This document shows positions 28,641 to 38,486 of a stretch of 64,000 bases of DNA, one piece after another. Each line of letters begins with the position of its first letter. Positions within the stretch are counted from its first letter, which is position 1. The notes beneath the pieces are model-generated. The model did no database searches. It saw only the letters and a program-made list of their open reading frames with translations, and was not told the DNA's origin. This stretch comes from an uncultured Candidatus Saccharibacteria bacterium (GTDB taxonomy: Bacteria; Patescibacteriota; Minisyncoccia; Phycocordibacterales; UBA5272), in contig CAYXKW010000005.1 in NCBI GenBank assembly GCA_964464695.1, positions 8,677-72,676 of the forward strand, in the 5' to 3' direction. The translations under genes and the position numbers were made by a program.

Positions 28641-29333
28641 ATGATCCCAAAAATAATCCACTACTGCTGGTTCGGAAAATCTCCAAAAGGCGAACTAATT
28701 GACAGATGTATAGCGAGCTGGAAAAAATATTGTCCAGAGTATGTGATCGTCAGATGGGACGAAGATACTTTTGATGTAGAGAGCCATCCATTTACTTCTA
28801 AGATGTATCGAGAGCGTAAGTTTGCATTTGTTGCTGACTACGTTCGTCTTATTGCACTATACAAAGAAGGAGGAATCTATCTTGATACTGACATGCTACT
28901 AGTTCAACCGCTGGATACATTACTTGATACATCGCTTTTACTTGGAAAAGAATCAGATGCCTTTATTAGTTGTGGGATGATTGGTGCCGTTCCCCATCAC
29001 CCATTTATAGAAAGTATGCGCGCGAAATATGACGCCATTGAAGAACTTCGACCAAATCCGGTTATTATGACTGAGCTCTACAATGCAATGCATCCATCAG
29101 AGGCGACAGTACTTCATCCGAAAGCTTTTTATCCGTATGATGCTCATCATATCCATGAGTACCAGGGTCAAAACCTTGGCAAGGATGTTTACGGTGTTCA
29201 TCTGTGGAATTATTCTTGGGGACATCCACTTAATAAATTTTTTAAGAAAATTGGAGTATATAGATTCGGCAAAAAAATTGTGGAAATTCTTGGTATTAAA
29301 AAAGTGATTAAGAAATTGCTTGGTTTTGTATAA
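28641..29333 (+). CDS. glycosyltransferase family 32 (DXD, OCH1-like)
   Basis: IPKIIHYCWFG, ADYVRL..LY.EGGIYLDTD. Confidence 0.92.
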   Translation: MIPKIIHYCWFGKSPKGELIDRCIASWKKYCPEYVIVRWDEDTFDVESHPFTSKMYRERKFAFVADYVRLIALYKEGGIYLDTDMLLVQPLDTLLDTSLLLGKESDAFISCGMIGAVPHHPFIESMRAKYDAIEELRPNPVIMTELYNAMHPSEATVLHPKAFYPYDAHHIHEYQGQNLGKDVYGVHLWNYSWGHPLNKFFKKIGVYRFGKKIVEILGIKKVIKKLLGFV

Positions 29334-29382
29334 ATAAGTTAAGAGTTAGTAAAGTTATAAAGTTCATAAAGTAGAAAGTTGA
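29334..29382 (+). repeat. short degenerate tandem repeats (AAAGTT-based), left flank of the four-helix-bundle gene
   Basis: aaagttataaagttcataaagtagaaagtt. Confidence 0.75.
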
Positions 29383-29398
29383 TACACGTACAATACAT

Positions 29399-29746
29399 AT
29401 GAAAATAGAAAAATTTGAAGACATCTACTCATGGCAAAAAGCCAAGTCTTTGTCTCTTTTTGTCTATAAAGTCTTCAGAACAAACAAAGACTATGCATTT
29501 CGAGACCAGATACAAAGGGCTAGCGTTTCTATATTAAATAATATTGCTGAAGGTTTTGAGAGAAAAAGCAACAAAGAGTTAAGTCACTTTCTTTTTATCG
29601 CAAAAGGTTCTTGTGGGGAAGTGAGATCAATGCTCTACCTTGCTCTAGAATTAGGATATATTTCTGAAAAAGATTTCCAAAAAATGTATACTGAGTGTAT
29701 CGAAATATCAAAAATGATGTCAGGACTTATAAAAACCCTAGTCTAA
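29399..29746 (+). CDS. four helix bundle protein (23S rRNA IVS-protein family)
   Basis: FEDIYSWQKA, DQIQRASVSI..NIAEGFER, FLFIAKGSCGEVRS. Confidence 0.93.
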   Translation: MKIEKFEDIYSWQKAKSLSLFVYKVFRTNKDYAFRDQIQRASVSILNNIAEGFERKSNKELSHFLFIAKGSCGEVRSMLYLALELGYISEKDFQKMYTECIEISKMMSGLIKTLV

Positions 29747-29749
29747 AAT

Positions 29750-29836
29750 CACTTTATGAACTCCTTTCTTTATAACTTTATGAACTTTTCCCCTGTATTA
29801 CTTTACAAACTTTATAACTTTAATAACTTTCAACTA
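29750..29836 (-). repeat. inverted copies of the same short repeats (AACTTT), right flank
   Basis: tataactttatgaacttt, aactttataactttaataactttcaact. Confidence 0.75.
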
Positions 29837-29841
29837 ATCGT

Positions 29842-30618
29842 ATGAAATTTAGTATTATCACCCCAACACATAAAAGAAAAGAAAAGTTAGAGCGTGCGGT
29901 CTCTTCTTTATTGTCTCAGACGTACACAGATTGGGAGTTGATTATTGTAAACGATTCACCCTACGACGAAACCTACAAGGAATTTGCTTCTTCTATTAAC
30001 GACGCAAGAATCCGTTATTATGTAAACCAAAAAAACGAAGGCGTAAATTACTCTCGGAATTTCGCACTTGATAAACTTTCCGCAGACTCCAAATGGGTAA
30101 TTATGTTAGATGATGATGACTACCTTGCACCGGATGCTCTTGCTACATTTTCACAACTAATACTATTAAACATTGGAAATAAGTGGCTAATGACTAATCG
30201 CACATACCGAAACGGAGTATCTGTAACACACGCTCCACAAGAAGACACTCTGTATTCCTACACTACAAGCTATCTTCTCTTTAAACAAATCAAAGGTGAT
30301 GCGACTCATTGTATAGAAACAAAATTAATAACTCAGTCACATGCTCGGTTTTCAAAATATGTAAAACAAGGAGAAGAGTGGTTCTTCTTTTATCAGATTG
30401 GGCTACATACCAAACTCTTCTACCACGACCACAATAGCACCATCACAGATGGCTATGATGCTGAACAAGGACTTAATTTTCGTAAGCGTACTTTTACTGA
30501 AAAATATGAAACGATCCTCAAACTCTTTTATGAAGGTGGTAGAAAAAAAATACTACGACCAACATTTCTCATGTATCTATTCTTTAGAACTTTAAAGCTC
30601 TTCATCCCAAAAAAATAG
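29842..30618 (+). CDS. glycosyltransferase family 2
   Basis: SIITPTH, SQTYTDWELIIVND, LDDDD. Confidence 0.9.
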   Translation: MKFSIITPTHKRKEKLERAVSSLLSQTYTDWELIIVNDSPYDETYKEFASSINDARIRYYVNQKNEGVNYSRNFALDKLSADSKWVIMLDDDDYLAPDALATFSQLILLNIGNKWLMTNRTYRNGVSVTHAPQEDTLYSYTTSYLLFKQIKGDATHCIETKLITQSHARFSKYVKQGEEWFFFYQIGLHTKLFYHDHNSTITDGYDAEQGLNFRKRTFTEKYETILKLFYEGGRKKILRPTFLMYLFFRTLKLFIPKK

Positions 30619-30681
30619 ACATTCAGGAAACCTTGAATGTCTTGATGTGAAAACGTGTCTAATCTTGAAAGATATCTCAGC

Positions 30682-31494
30682 TTAAGAAGCCATCATCCTG
30701 CTGACCATGAATTTTGCAACCTTTTCATTGCCGGCGATGAGTGGATACTCACCTTTTGGATCGAAAGGCATCGTGCCGATTGAGTTACCTTCATGATCAA
30801 GGACAATTCCACCGGCGCCCTTAATGAGCGCATAAACTGCACCAATTTCTTCTGCACGAACAGAAATCCCACCCATACACGCAGAGATATCAGAAAGTGT
30901 GTACATGAGATTTCCGACAACAGAACCAGCACAACGAATGAAAACTTCTTCGGCAAATGTGGTGTAGGCTTTCATTCCTGCTTTGTAGAAAGTGTCGAGA
31001 TACACCGGAGTAGTCTTGTGAACTTCCCAATCAGGACTCAAGGTAACCTTGTCGCCATTGTGGTCAATAGTATCTTTCCCATCGAAGATAAAGAAGTTAC
31101 CCGTTGTGTGCTCAATCATTCCGGCAACCAGTACATCATCAAGTGTTGGTTGAAGTCCATTGAAAAAAGCAACAAGCGTTCCGAAAGGAAGCATTTCTTT
31201 ACCCCGCTTATAGTTGATGCTTCCATCGAGCGGATCCATCGCAAACGTGTAAAGCGGATTTTTGTGCGACGCACCGATATCCCCAGCTTCTTCAGAATAA
31301 ATTTGCACAGGCAGACCTCTCCCTTGAATATGACTCAGCACAGCCTCTTCAATGGCGACATCCATCAGGAGTGATTTATCCCCTTTGGAATTTGTCGTAC
31401 CTATCTCACCTTTCTGACTTGAGACACCCAAGAGGTACATGCGATGTGCAACGGAAAGAATTTTCTCAAGCTCTTGAACTAGATTGATTTGCAT
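30682..31494 (-). CDS. inositol monophosphatase/FBPase family protein
   Basis: YSEEAG, MDPLDGSINY; probable start at ATG 31494. Confidence 0.85.
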   Translation of the reverse strand: MQINLVQELEKILSVAHRMYLLGVSSQKGEIGTTNSKGDKSLLMDVAIEEAVLSHIQGRGLPVQIYSEEAGDIGASHKNPLYTFAMDPLDGSINYKRGKEMLPFGTLVAFFNGLQPTLDDVLVAGMIEHTTGNFFIFDGKDTIDHNGDKVTLSPDWEVHKTTPVYLDTFYKAGMKAYTTFAEEVFIRCAGSVVGNLMYTLSDISACMGGISVRAEEIGAVYALIKGAGGIVLDHEGNSIGTMPFDPKGEYPLIAGNEKVAKFMVSRMMAS

Positions 31495-31662
31495 TCTGCT
31501 TTCCCCTTCATATGTAAAGTTATTTAACGAAAAAAGAACATATTTATTTTGGCATTTATTTCTGAATTTGTCAATTGACAAATTAAGTTAAATATGCTAT
31601 AATATATATACCTTTAAGGTCTGATTCCGCACAGTTTGCGGGGCTCTTTAACAAGGAAAAGC

Positions 31663-32385
31663 ATGAGCAATCTCAAGTGGCCAATTTTCACAGCCGAAAG
31701 CGTCTTCCAAGGCGTTCGCGACCTCGGCATCATGTCGTGGCCTCGTCTCTCTGATCCGGTTGCTATCACGGAATATTTGCGTGACGCGAGTTCGGATCAA
31801 TTGAAGACGTACGAACGCTTCGCCCCGAAGAGTTCGGTGGTTTACCACAAGAACCCGCACAACGGAACAACGTTCGATGGGTTCAAGGTGGACTTCAAGC
31901 CCTACGCCTGCGTCTTCGCACTGATTGACGGTATGGTGCCGGTTACTGCCGAGTGGAAACATGGCAACGATCGCATCACCCTCGTCCCAGTCTGTGGCGT
32001 CCCCGGTAAAACCGAAGATAGCTTCACAACTCTGACCGAGAAGATGTACGCTGTTGGTTTGCGTGAATGGGAAGAAGAAACGGGCACCAAGCTGAAGAAC
32101 CTGGTCCCACTTTCCGGCCCCGAAGGCATCTACTCGACGGTGCGCAACTGCAAGGTGCAGTGCTTCCCCTTCTTGGGTGAAGTCGAGGACAATGTCGTCC
32201 AAGGACCGACCAAGTTCGACGACACCGAGCATTTGAAGATGGTTCTCATTCCGCTTCCGGAATGGATCCAGCTCATCACAAGTGTTGAACTGTGGGCACA
32301 GAACCCAGACTTCGGTCTGGAAGCCTGCACGCGAGACGTGACATGGGCAGCCCTCCACAAAATGGGCCGCCTCCAACTGGTCTAA
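31663..32385 (+). CDS. NUDIX hydrolase (GC-rich gene)
   Basis: GLREWEEETG Nudix box, DDTEHL. Confidence 0.75.
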   Translation: MSNLKWPIFTAESVFQGVRDLGIMSWPRLSDPVAITEYLRDASSDQLKTYERFAPKSSVVYHKNPHNGTTFDGFKVDFKPYACVFALIDGMVPVTAEWKHGNDRITLVPVCGVPGKTEDSFTTLTEKMYAVGLREWEEETGTKLKNLVPLSGPEGIYSTVRNCKVQCFPFLGEVEDNVVQGPTKFDDTEHLKMVLIPLPEWIQLITSVELWAQNPDFGLEACTRDVTWAALHKMGRLQLV

Positions 32386-32409
32386 GGGTCATCTTGCCCT
32401 TTTGACCAG

Positions 32410-32443
32410 AAACCGCCGCCTTCATCATGGAGGCGGTTTTTTT
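32410..32443 (+). terminator. intrinsic terminator
   Basis: ccgcc...ggcgg stem followed by a T run. Confidence 0.7.
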
Positions 32444-32581
32444 ATACAACAGCGTACGAAAGTAAACGAAATACAAGCATAAACCTCACATCTCAGCTTG
32501 ATTAGTCATTTTTTTTCTATATAATAGATTGTATGTTTGGTTCGCAGAAATTATAACTTTTAGTACGATATTATTTTTATT

Positions 32582-33550
32582 ATGAAAACAGCACTCGTTT
32601 GTGGAGCAGGAGGTTTTATTGGAGGACATCTTGTAAAACGTCTCAAAGATGAAGGTTTTTGGGTTCGCGGTGTCGACTTAAAAAAGAACGAGTACTCAAA
32701 GTCAAATGCTGATGAATTTATTATCGGAGATCTTCGTGATCAAAAACTTTGCGAGACTATTCTTGATAAGTCGTTCGATGAGGTGTACCAACTAGCTGCT
32801 GATATGGGTGGTGCTGGCTATATTTTTACTGGCGAGCACGATGCTGATGTTATGCATAATTCTGCAACTATTAATCTCAACATTCTCCACTACGGACAAA
32901 AAATTGGGATCAAAAAAATATTCTACTCTTCTTCTGCATGTATCTACCCTGAGTACAATCAACTTGATCCAGAAAATCCAAAGTGCTCAGAAGAGTCAGC
33001 TTACCCTGCGGCTCCAGACAGTGAATATGGTTGGGAGAAATTATTTAGTGAAAGACTCTACCTTTCATACAACAGAAACTATAAAATGGATGTTCGTGTA
33101 GCGCGATTCCATAATATTTTCGGGCCAGAAGGTACGTGGGAAGGAGGTAAGGAAAAAGCCCCAGCTGCGATGTGTAGAAAAATTGCAGAAGTGAAGAATG
33201 GCGGCGAAATAGAAATCTGGGGAGACGGTCGTCAAACGCGATCATTCCTCTATATCGATGAATGTTTAGAAGGTGTACGAAGACTTATGGATTCTGATTT
33301 CTTAGGACCTGTAAACATTGGATCAGATGAGATGGTAACCATCAATCAGCTCGCTGAAATGGTTGCAGAAATTGCTGGTAAAAAAATTACTATCAATCAC
33401 ATTCCTGGACCACTTGGCGTACGTGGAAGAAACTCAGACAATGAGCTCATTGAGAAAAAAATTGGATGGAGACCACACTTCTCACTAAAAAATGGTCTTG
33501 AGATTACTTATACATGGATACACAATCAAGTGGAAGCAAAAAAGAAATAA
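32582..33550 (+). CDS. GDP-mannose 3,5-epimerase-like NAD-dependent epimerase
   Basis: GAGGFIG, LAADMGG.G, SSACIYP, YGWEK, KEKAPAAMCRK, GVRGRNSDN. Confidence 0.85.
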   Translation: MKTALVCGAGGFIGGHLVKRLKDEGFWVRGVDLKKNEYSKSNADEFIIGDLRDQKLCETILDKSFDEVYQLAADMGGAGYIFTGEHDADVMHNSATINLNILHYGQKIGIKKIFYSSSACIYPEYNQLDPENPKCSEESAYPAAPDSEYGWEKLFSERLYLSYNRNYKMDVRVARFHNIFGPEGTWEGGKEKAPAAMCRKIAEVKNGGEIEIWGDGRQTRSFLYIDECLEGVRRLMDSDFLGPVNIGSDEMVTINQLAEMVAEIAGKKITINHIPGPLGVRGRNSDNELIEKKIGWRPHFSLKNGLEITYTWIHNQVEAKKK

Positions 33551-34101
33551 TCCCTTGGGAACTTTTAAGCGAGGAAAATATTTCCCCAAGCCATTACTTT
33601 CCTCTCTTTAAGCAGAAGGTTAAAATTCATAACGGAAAAGTTTTTGATGATTACTACATTACGAAGCTTGTAGATGCAACTATGGTGGTTGCAGTTACAA
33701 AAGAAAAAGAGTTACTCATGGTGAGACAGTGGCGACAAGGTACTTTAGAAATTACTCTTGAACTACCCTGTGGTCAAAATGATCCACATGAAAGCACTCT
33801 TGATGCTGCAAAGCGAGAGCTACACGAAGAAACTGGTGCAAATGTCATATCAGAACTTGTTCCACTTGGAAAAGTTTCTCCAATCACTCCCAAAGCAACG
33901 CTTCGTATCTACGGTTATTTTTGTACAATTGATTCAACGCTTGAGAAGCAAGACTTAGATGACACTGAGAACATTGAGGTAATTAAAGTCCCTTTCACTG
34001 ATATCGATAAGCTCCTCCTTTCGGGAGAAATCAACGCGGCAGATACTATCTCTTTTATCTCATTAGCACGAATAAAGTTTCCTAAATTATTTTTACTATA
34101 A
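33514..34101 (+). CDS. NUDIX hydrolase (ADP-ribose/NDP-sugar pyrophosphatase-like)
   Basis: LELPCG...AAKRELHEETG. Confidence 0.88.
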   Translation: MDTQSSGSKKEIIPWELLSEENISPSHYFPLFKQKVKIHNGKVFDDYYITKLVDATMVVAVTKEKELLMVRQWRQGTLEITLELPCGQNDPHESTLDAAKRELHEETGANVISELVPLGKVSPITPKATLRIYGYFCTIDSTLEKQDLDDTENIEVIKVPFTDIDKLLLSGEINAADTISFISLARIKFPKLFLL

Positions 34102-34112
34102 TATATAAACAA

Positions 34113-34973
34113 ATGAAAACAATTCTTGTAACAGGTGGGGCTGGATTTATTGGTTCAAACCTTATCAAAAAACTTCGAACGCATTACCCGAACGCTTCTA
34201 TTATATCTTTAGATAACTACTTTACAGGGAAAGAGGGAAACCATACCCCTGGTGTCACTTACAAGATTGGGCACACTAAGGATATAGCGCTTCACATAAC
34301 TGAGCAACCTGACTTGGTATTTCATCTTGGTGAGTACTCACGAGTCGAAAAAAGTTTTGATGATATGAAGACGGTTTTTGATTTTAATAAAAACGGAACA
34401 TTTGCAGTCCTTGAATTTTGCCGTGAAAATAAATCAAAATTAATTTATGCTGGGTCTAGTACTAAATTTGGTGACGGAGGTCTCGGTCGTGATCAGAGCC
34501 CATATGCTTGGACAAAAGCAACTAATACTGAACTCGTGATTAACTATGGTAATTGGTTTAACCTTAATTATGCAATCACATATTTCTATAACGTATACGG
34601 ACCAGGAGAAATTACAACTGGAGACTACGCAACTGTCATTGGAATATTTAAAGAAAAGTTTAAAAATAAAGAAAAACTTAATGTAGTTTCTCCAGGGTCA
34701 CAACTTCGAAATTTCACACATGTTGACGATATTGTGCGTGGCCTCATTCTAATTGGAGAAAAAGGTGAAGGAGATGAGTATGGACTTGGATCTGATCACG
34801 CATACAGTATCTTAGAAATCGCCAAGATGTTTAATCTTCCTATCGAAATGTTACCTGAAAGAAAAGGTAACCGCATGAGCGCTTCTGTTGAAACTCACAG
34901 GACAAAAAATGAGCTTAATTGGCAATCTGAAAAAAAAATTGAGGATTACATTAACAATATTATTAACGAATAG
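34113..34973 (+). CDS. NAD-dependent sugar epimerase/dehydratase
   Basis: TGGAGFIG, YAWTK, FYNVYG. Confidence 0.88.
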   Translation: MKTILVTGGAGFIGSNLIKKLRTHYPNASIISLDNYFTGKEGNHTPGVTYKIGHTKDIALHITEQPDLVFHLGEYSRVEKSFDDMKTVFDFNKNGTFAVLEFCRENKSKLIYAGSSTKFGDGGLGRDQSPYAWTKATNTELVINYGNWFNLNYAITYFYNVYGPGEITTGDYATVIGIFKEKFKNKEKLNVVSPGSQLRNFTHVDDIVRGLILIGEKGEGDEYGLGSDHAYSILEIAKMFNLPIEMLPERKGNRMSASVETHRTKNELNWQSEKKIEDYINNIINE

Positions 34974-34981
34974 TTACATTT

Positions 34982-35923
34982 CTACTTTCCTAATTCCTTA
35001 GAGAGAAGATTAATCTCACGAAGGATTCCTTCGAGTGAAGTGGTGGTTGGTTTATATCCGAGTAACTTAGCAGCTTTCTTACTTTTAGAAGCATAAATAT
35101 TTTTTGAAGGAGAAGATTTTGCTTTTGAGATATCCTTCTTAATCTCAAACTCAAGACCATATTTTTTATTCATTGATGCGAGTAAATCAAACTTGGAAAT
35201 TGGTTTTTTGCTGTAAACATCGAAGTAATCATTGATTTTCTTTTTTGCAATAATACTTTTTATGAGCACAAGTAAATCTTTTGGAGTAACATAATCACGA
35301 ACCATATTCTGACTATTTGTCGCAAGAACTTTTTTGGTTTGTATACAGTTTACAATCTCTGTCATTAAAAATAATGAGTCAGTATCAACCAAAGAGCTAA
35401 AAAAAGCAAACACTCGTAAGTCAACTATGTTCAAACTTGTGAGTGACCGATGTTTTGCCTCAGCATTTATTTTCGCAATAGTATAGGATTCACGTTGCCC
35501 GATAAATCCACCAGAAAGAGTTGTTACCGTACTCTCATCTTGTCTCTCTTCAACACTGTTTCCATAGACCGCCCCGCTACTAATATTTATATAGTGTGCC
35601 TTTGGATGCTGCTGCAGATATGTAATAACAAGTGAATCGACTTCTTCAGTAACCTTAAAAATCTCAAGAGGATTTTCTTTAAGGATTGAAATACCACTAA
35701 TACCTGTACAGTTAATAATTACGTCATATTCCCCTTCATTAAATTCACCAAAGGAATGAATACCATACTTGGCACTTTTAGGAACATCTCTTATAATCGT
35801 AGTAATTTTTTCTTGTGAACGAGAGAATAGGAAAAGTGTGTATCCTTTTTTCTCTAAAAAAAATTCTCTTAATAATGACCTCCCTATGTATCCTGTTACA
35901 CCTAAAATGGCAATCTTTTTCAT
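34982..35923 (-). CDS. NAD-dependent CDP-sugar reductase/epimerase (YerF-like position)
   Basis: GVTGYIG, SSGAVYG, YTIAK. Confidence 0.75.
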   Translation of the reverse strand: MKKIAILGVTGYIGRSLLREFFLEKKGYTLFLFSRSQEKITTIIRDVPKSAKYGIHSFGEFNEGEYDVIINCTGISGISILKENPLEIFKVTEEVDSLVITYLQQHPKAHYINISSGAVYGNSVEERQDESTVTTLSGGFIGQRESYTIAKINAEAKHRSLTSLNIVDLRVFAFFSSLVDTDSLFLMTEIVNCIQTKKVLATNSQNMVRDYVTPKDLLVLIKSIIAKKKINDYFDVYSKKPISKFDLLASMNKKYGLEFEIKKDISKAKSSPSKNIYASKSKKAAKLLGYKPTTTSLEGILREINLLSKELGK

Positions 35924-35925
35924 AC

Positions 35926-37707
35926 TTATGAATTCTTTAATATTTTCTTCAAACTTTCTAAATATGTTTTTTGTGTATCATCGAGATATGGAGCTTGATC
36001 ATCTAGTGCATGACCGTAGACCATCTTCGGTTGTAGTGGTGCGTGCATATCAATATCCACTTCAATTAGCATTGGACCTTTATGTGCAATAATCTGTGCT
36101 AACACCTCATCGTTTTCTTGAATACTTGAAATCTTCTTGTAGTCTAAACTGTACGCTCCTGCCAACTTTTTAAAATCAGGATAACCATAACCTATGACCG
36201 TTGATTGATAATTCTTGTTGAAATAAAGATCTTGGAATTCTCGTACCATGCCAAGTGATTTATTATGCATAATAAAAAGTTTCATTGGAATCTTATTACG
36301 ACTTACGGTTTCTAACTCTTGTATGTTTATTTGAATCCCCCCATCACCACTAATAACTACTAGGTCAGATTTTTGGTCAGCATACCAGGCACCAACAGCT
36401 GCTGGTAAAGCGAATCCCATAGCCCCCATCCCTCCTGAAAAGAGTAGCCGTTGACCGTTTTTTATTTTCCAGGACTGAGCACACCACATCTGGTTCTGGC
36501 CAACATCAACTACAATATTTGTGGATGCTGGAGTTTGTAAAGAAAGTTCACGTAAAAAGGTATTCGGGTTAATTGATGCTTTATATTCACTAATTCGAGT
36601 AAATTTATTTTGTACAGCATGTATAAAAGTAAACCAACTAAGTTTTTTCGCAGTTGTTATATGTTGTACTTCATTAAAAAAAGTTTTTAAATCAGTCTCA
36701 ATGGAAAGTTTTGATTTGATCGAGTAGTTTATCGAACTACTGTCGATATCAACATGAACAACTGTTGCTCCAGGATTAAAAAATTTTGCATCCCCTGTTT
36801 GTCTAATATCAAGCCTCGTCCCGAGAGCAATAATTAGGTCCGCGTTTGCAAACGTTATATTAGCATCTCTGTTTCCATTTGACCCAATATAGCCAACGTA
36901 AAGTGAGGAATTTTGGTATGAATCTATTCCCATGAGAGATGAGATAACTGGTAGATTATTTCTAGAAACAAACTGTGCTAATTCTTTGGTAGCCCCAGAA
37001 AGTCTTACTCCATTACCTGCAAGAACTAGTGGTGCTTTTGATTTTGTAAGGAGGGTCTCAAGAGCTTTAATTTTAGAAGAAGGAATTTTTTTGGTGAATT
37101 TTTTATCTTTATTTTCTAAAATTGCATGTTCCTTTGAGCCAAAAAAATGTCTGACGGTGGTCACATCTATCATTGTTCTCTGAAGATTAATAGGGATATC
37201 GACCACAACAGACCCAGACCTTCCTCGTTTCATAACATAATACGCTTTCTCTAACTCATACATTACATCCTCTGGATTACACACCATGACCGCATACTTT
37301 GTTAATGTCTTCACGACACTTACAATATCAGTTTCTTGAAACCCTTCTTGTCGAACATTTTCATTTTTCTTGAGGTTATCAGTATGTACTTGCCCCAAAA
37401 TAAACATAGCTGGGGTAGAGTCAAAATAACAACTTCCAATTGCGGTTATGAGATTAGTTGCTCCTGGTCCGCTTGTTGCAATTGCAACCCCAAAGTTCTG
37501 ACTTGTTCTCCCGTATCCTTCAGCTGCAAAGCCAGCTGCTTGCTCATGATGCATAGGAACACATGTAATACCAGAACGCTTACTAATCGCGTCTTCAAGA
37601 AACGCAATCATACCTCCGCTCAAATCAAAGACATGGGTAGTTTTCTTCTCAACCAGAAAATCAACAATAAGATCCGCACATAGTTTTTTTTCCTGTACTT
37701 TTTTCAT
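35926..37707 (-). CDS. thiamine-diphosphate enzyme of the acetolactate synthase fold (YerE-like)
   Basis: HHEQAAGFAAEGY, TSGPGATN, GDGG...N; operonic with rfbFG. Confidence 0.85.
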   Translation of the reverse strand: MKKVQEKKLCADLIVDFLVEKKTTHVFDLSGGMIAFLEDAISKRSGITCVPMHHEQAAGFAAEGYGRTSQNFGVAIATSGPGATNLITAIGSCYFDSTPAMFILGQVHTDNLKKNENVRQEGFQETDIVSVVKTLTKYAVMVCNPEDVMYELEKAYYVMKRGRSGSVVVDIPINLQRTMIDVTTVRHFFGSKEHAILENKDKKFTKKIPSSKIKALETLLTKSKAPLVLAGNGVRLSGATKELAQFVSRNNLPVISSLMGIDSYQNSSLYVGYIGSNGNRDANITFANADLIIALGTRLDIRQTGDAKFFNPGATVVHVDIDSSSINYSIKSKLSIETDLKTFFNEVQHITTAKKLSWFTFIHAVQNKFTRISEYKASINPNTFLRELSLQTPASTNIVVDVGQNQMWCAQSWKIKNGQRLLFSGGMGAMGFALPAAVGAWYADQKSDLVVISGDGGIQINIQELETVSRNKIPMKLFIMHNKSLGMVREFQDLYFNKNYQSTVIGYGYPDFKKLAGAYSLDYKKISSIQENDEVLAQIIAHKGPMLIEVDIDMHAPLQPKMVYGHALDDQAPYLDDTQKTYLESLKKILKNS

Positions 37708-37713
37708 GCTATT

Positions 37714-38484
37714 TTATTTCCACATTTTCCATGGCGCATTCCCTGTACTCCAAATCTCTTCAAGTTTATTTTTATCATTAAGAGTATCCATTGGTTTCCA
37801 AAATCCATCGTGAGCATATGCTTTCAACTTATGATCTTTTGCAAGTTGCTCTAGTGGACCTTTTTCAAAAATGGTTGTGTCATTTTCTAGGTATGAAAAA
37901 ATCTCAGGTTCTAGCACAAAAAAACCACCATTAATTTTTACTTTATTATCAGTCTTTTCACTAAACGCTGTAACCTTAGAGTCGTTATCGATAGTCAATG
38001 TTCCAAACCTACCCTCAGGTGCAACTGCAGTCACTGTTACTGTTCCTTTATTTTTTTTATGAAAATTAACCAATTCGGTTATATTCACATCTCCTACTCC
38101 GTCTCCATAGGTAACCATGAATGTTTCATTGCCAATATATTCTTGAATCCTTTTAATACGACCGCCTGTCATTGTGCTTGCTCCTGTTTCCACAAGTGTC
38201 ACTTTCCATTTCTCTGCGTGACTTTTATGAACTGTCAAAGACCCGTCTTCTAAATTAAGAGTCACATCACTGTTATGTAACATATGATCATTAAACCAGT
38301 CTTTTATATAATGGCTTTTATACCCAAGACAGATGACAAATTCATTATAACCGTGATGCGAGTATATTTTCATGATATGCCAAAGAACTGGTTTGCCACC
38401 AATCTCAACCATAGGTTTTGGTTTAATGAGTGTTTCTTCATTTAATCTTGTTCCAAGTCCGCCTGCAAGTATCACAACTTTCAT
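37714..38484 (-). CDS. rfbF: glucose-1-phosphate cytidylyltransferase
   Basis: LAGGLGTRL.EET..KPKPMVEIGG, TMTGGR, TYGDG, GFWKPMDT. Confidence 0.95.
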   Translation of the reverse strand: MKVVILAGGLGTRLNEETLIKPKPMVEIGGKPVLWHIMKIYSHHGYNEFVICLGYKSHYIKDWFNDHMLHNSDVTLNLEDGSLTVHKSHAEKWKVTLVETGASTMTGGRIKRIQEYIGNETFMVTYGDGVGDVNITELVNFHKKNKGTVTVTAVAPEGRFGTLTIDNDSKVTAFSEKTDNKVKINGGFFVLEPEIFSYLENDTTIFEKGPLEQLAKDHKLKAYAHDGFWKPMDTLNDKNKLEEIWSTGNAPWKMWK

Positions 38485-38486
38485 AA

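Noticed and set aside
29399-29746. Avd of a diversity-generating retroelement
   Set aside because: No reverse transcriptase and no TR/VR pair with adenine-specific mismatches seen in the window
31648-32376. 242-aa antisense ORF as a real gene
   Set aside because: Shadow of the GC-rich NUDIX gene, with no recognisable motifs
35926-37707. ilvB for branched-chain amino acid synthesis
   Set aside because: No ilvN/C/D nearby; embedded in a CDP-sugar operon
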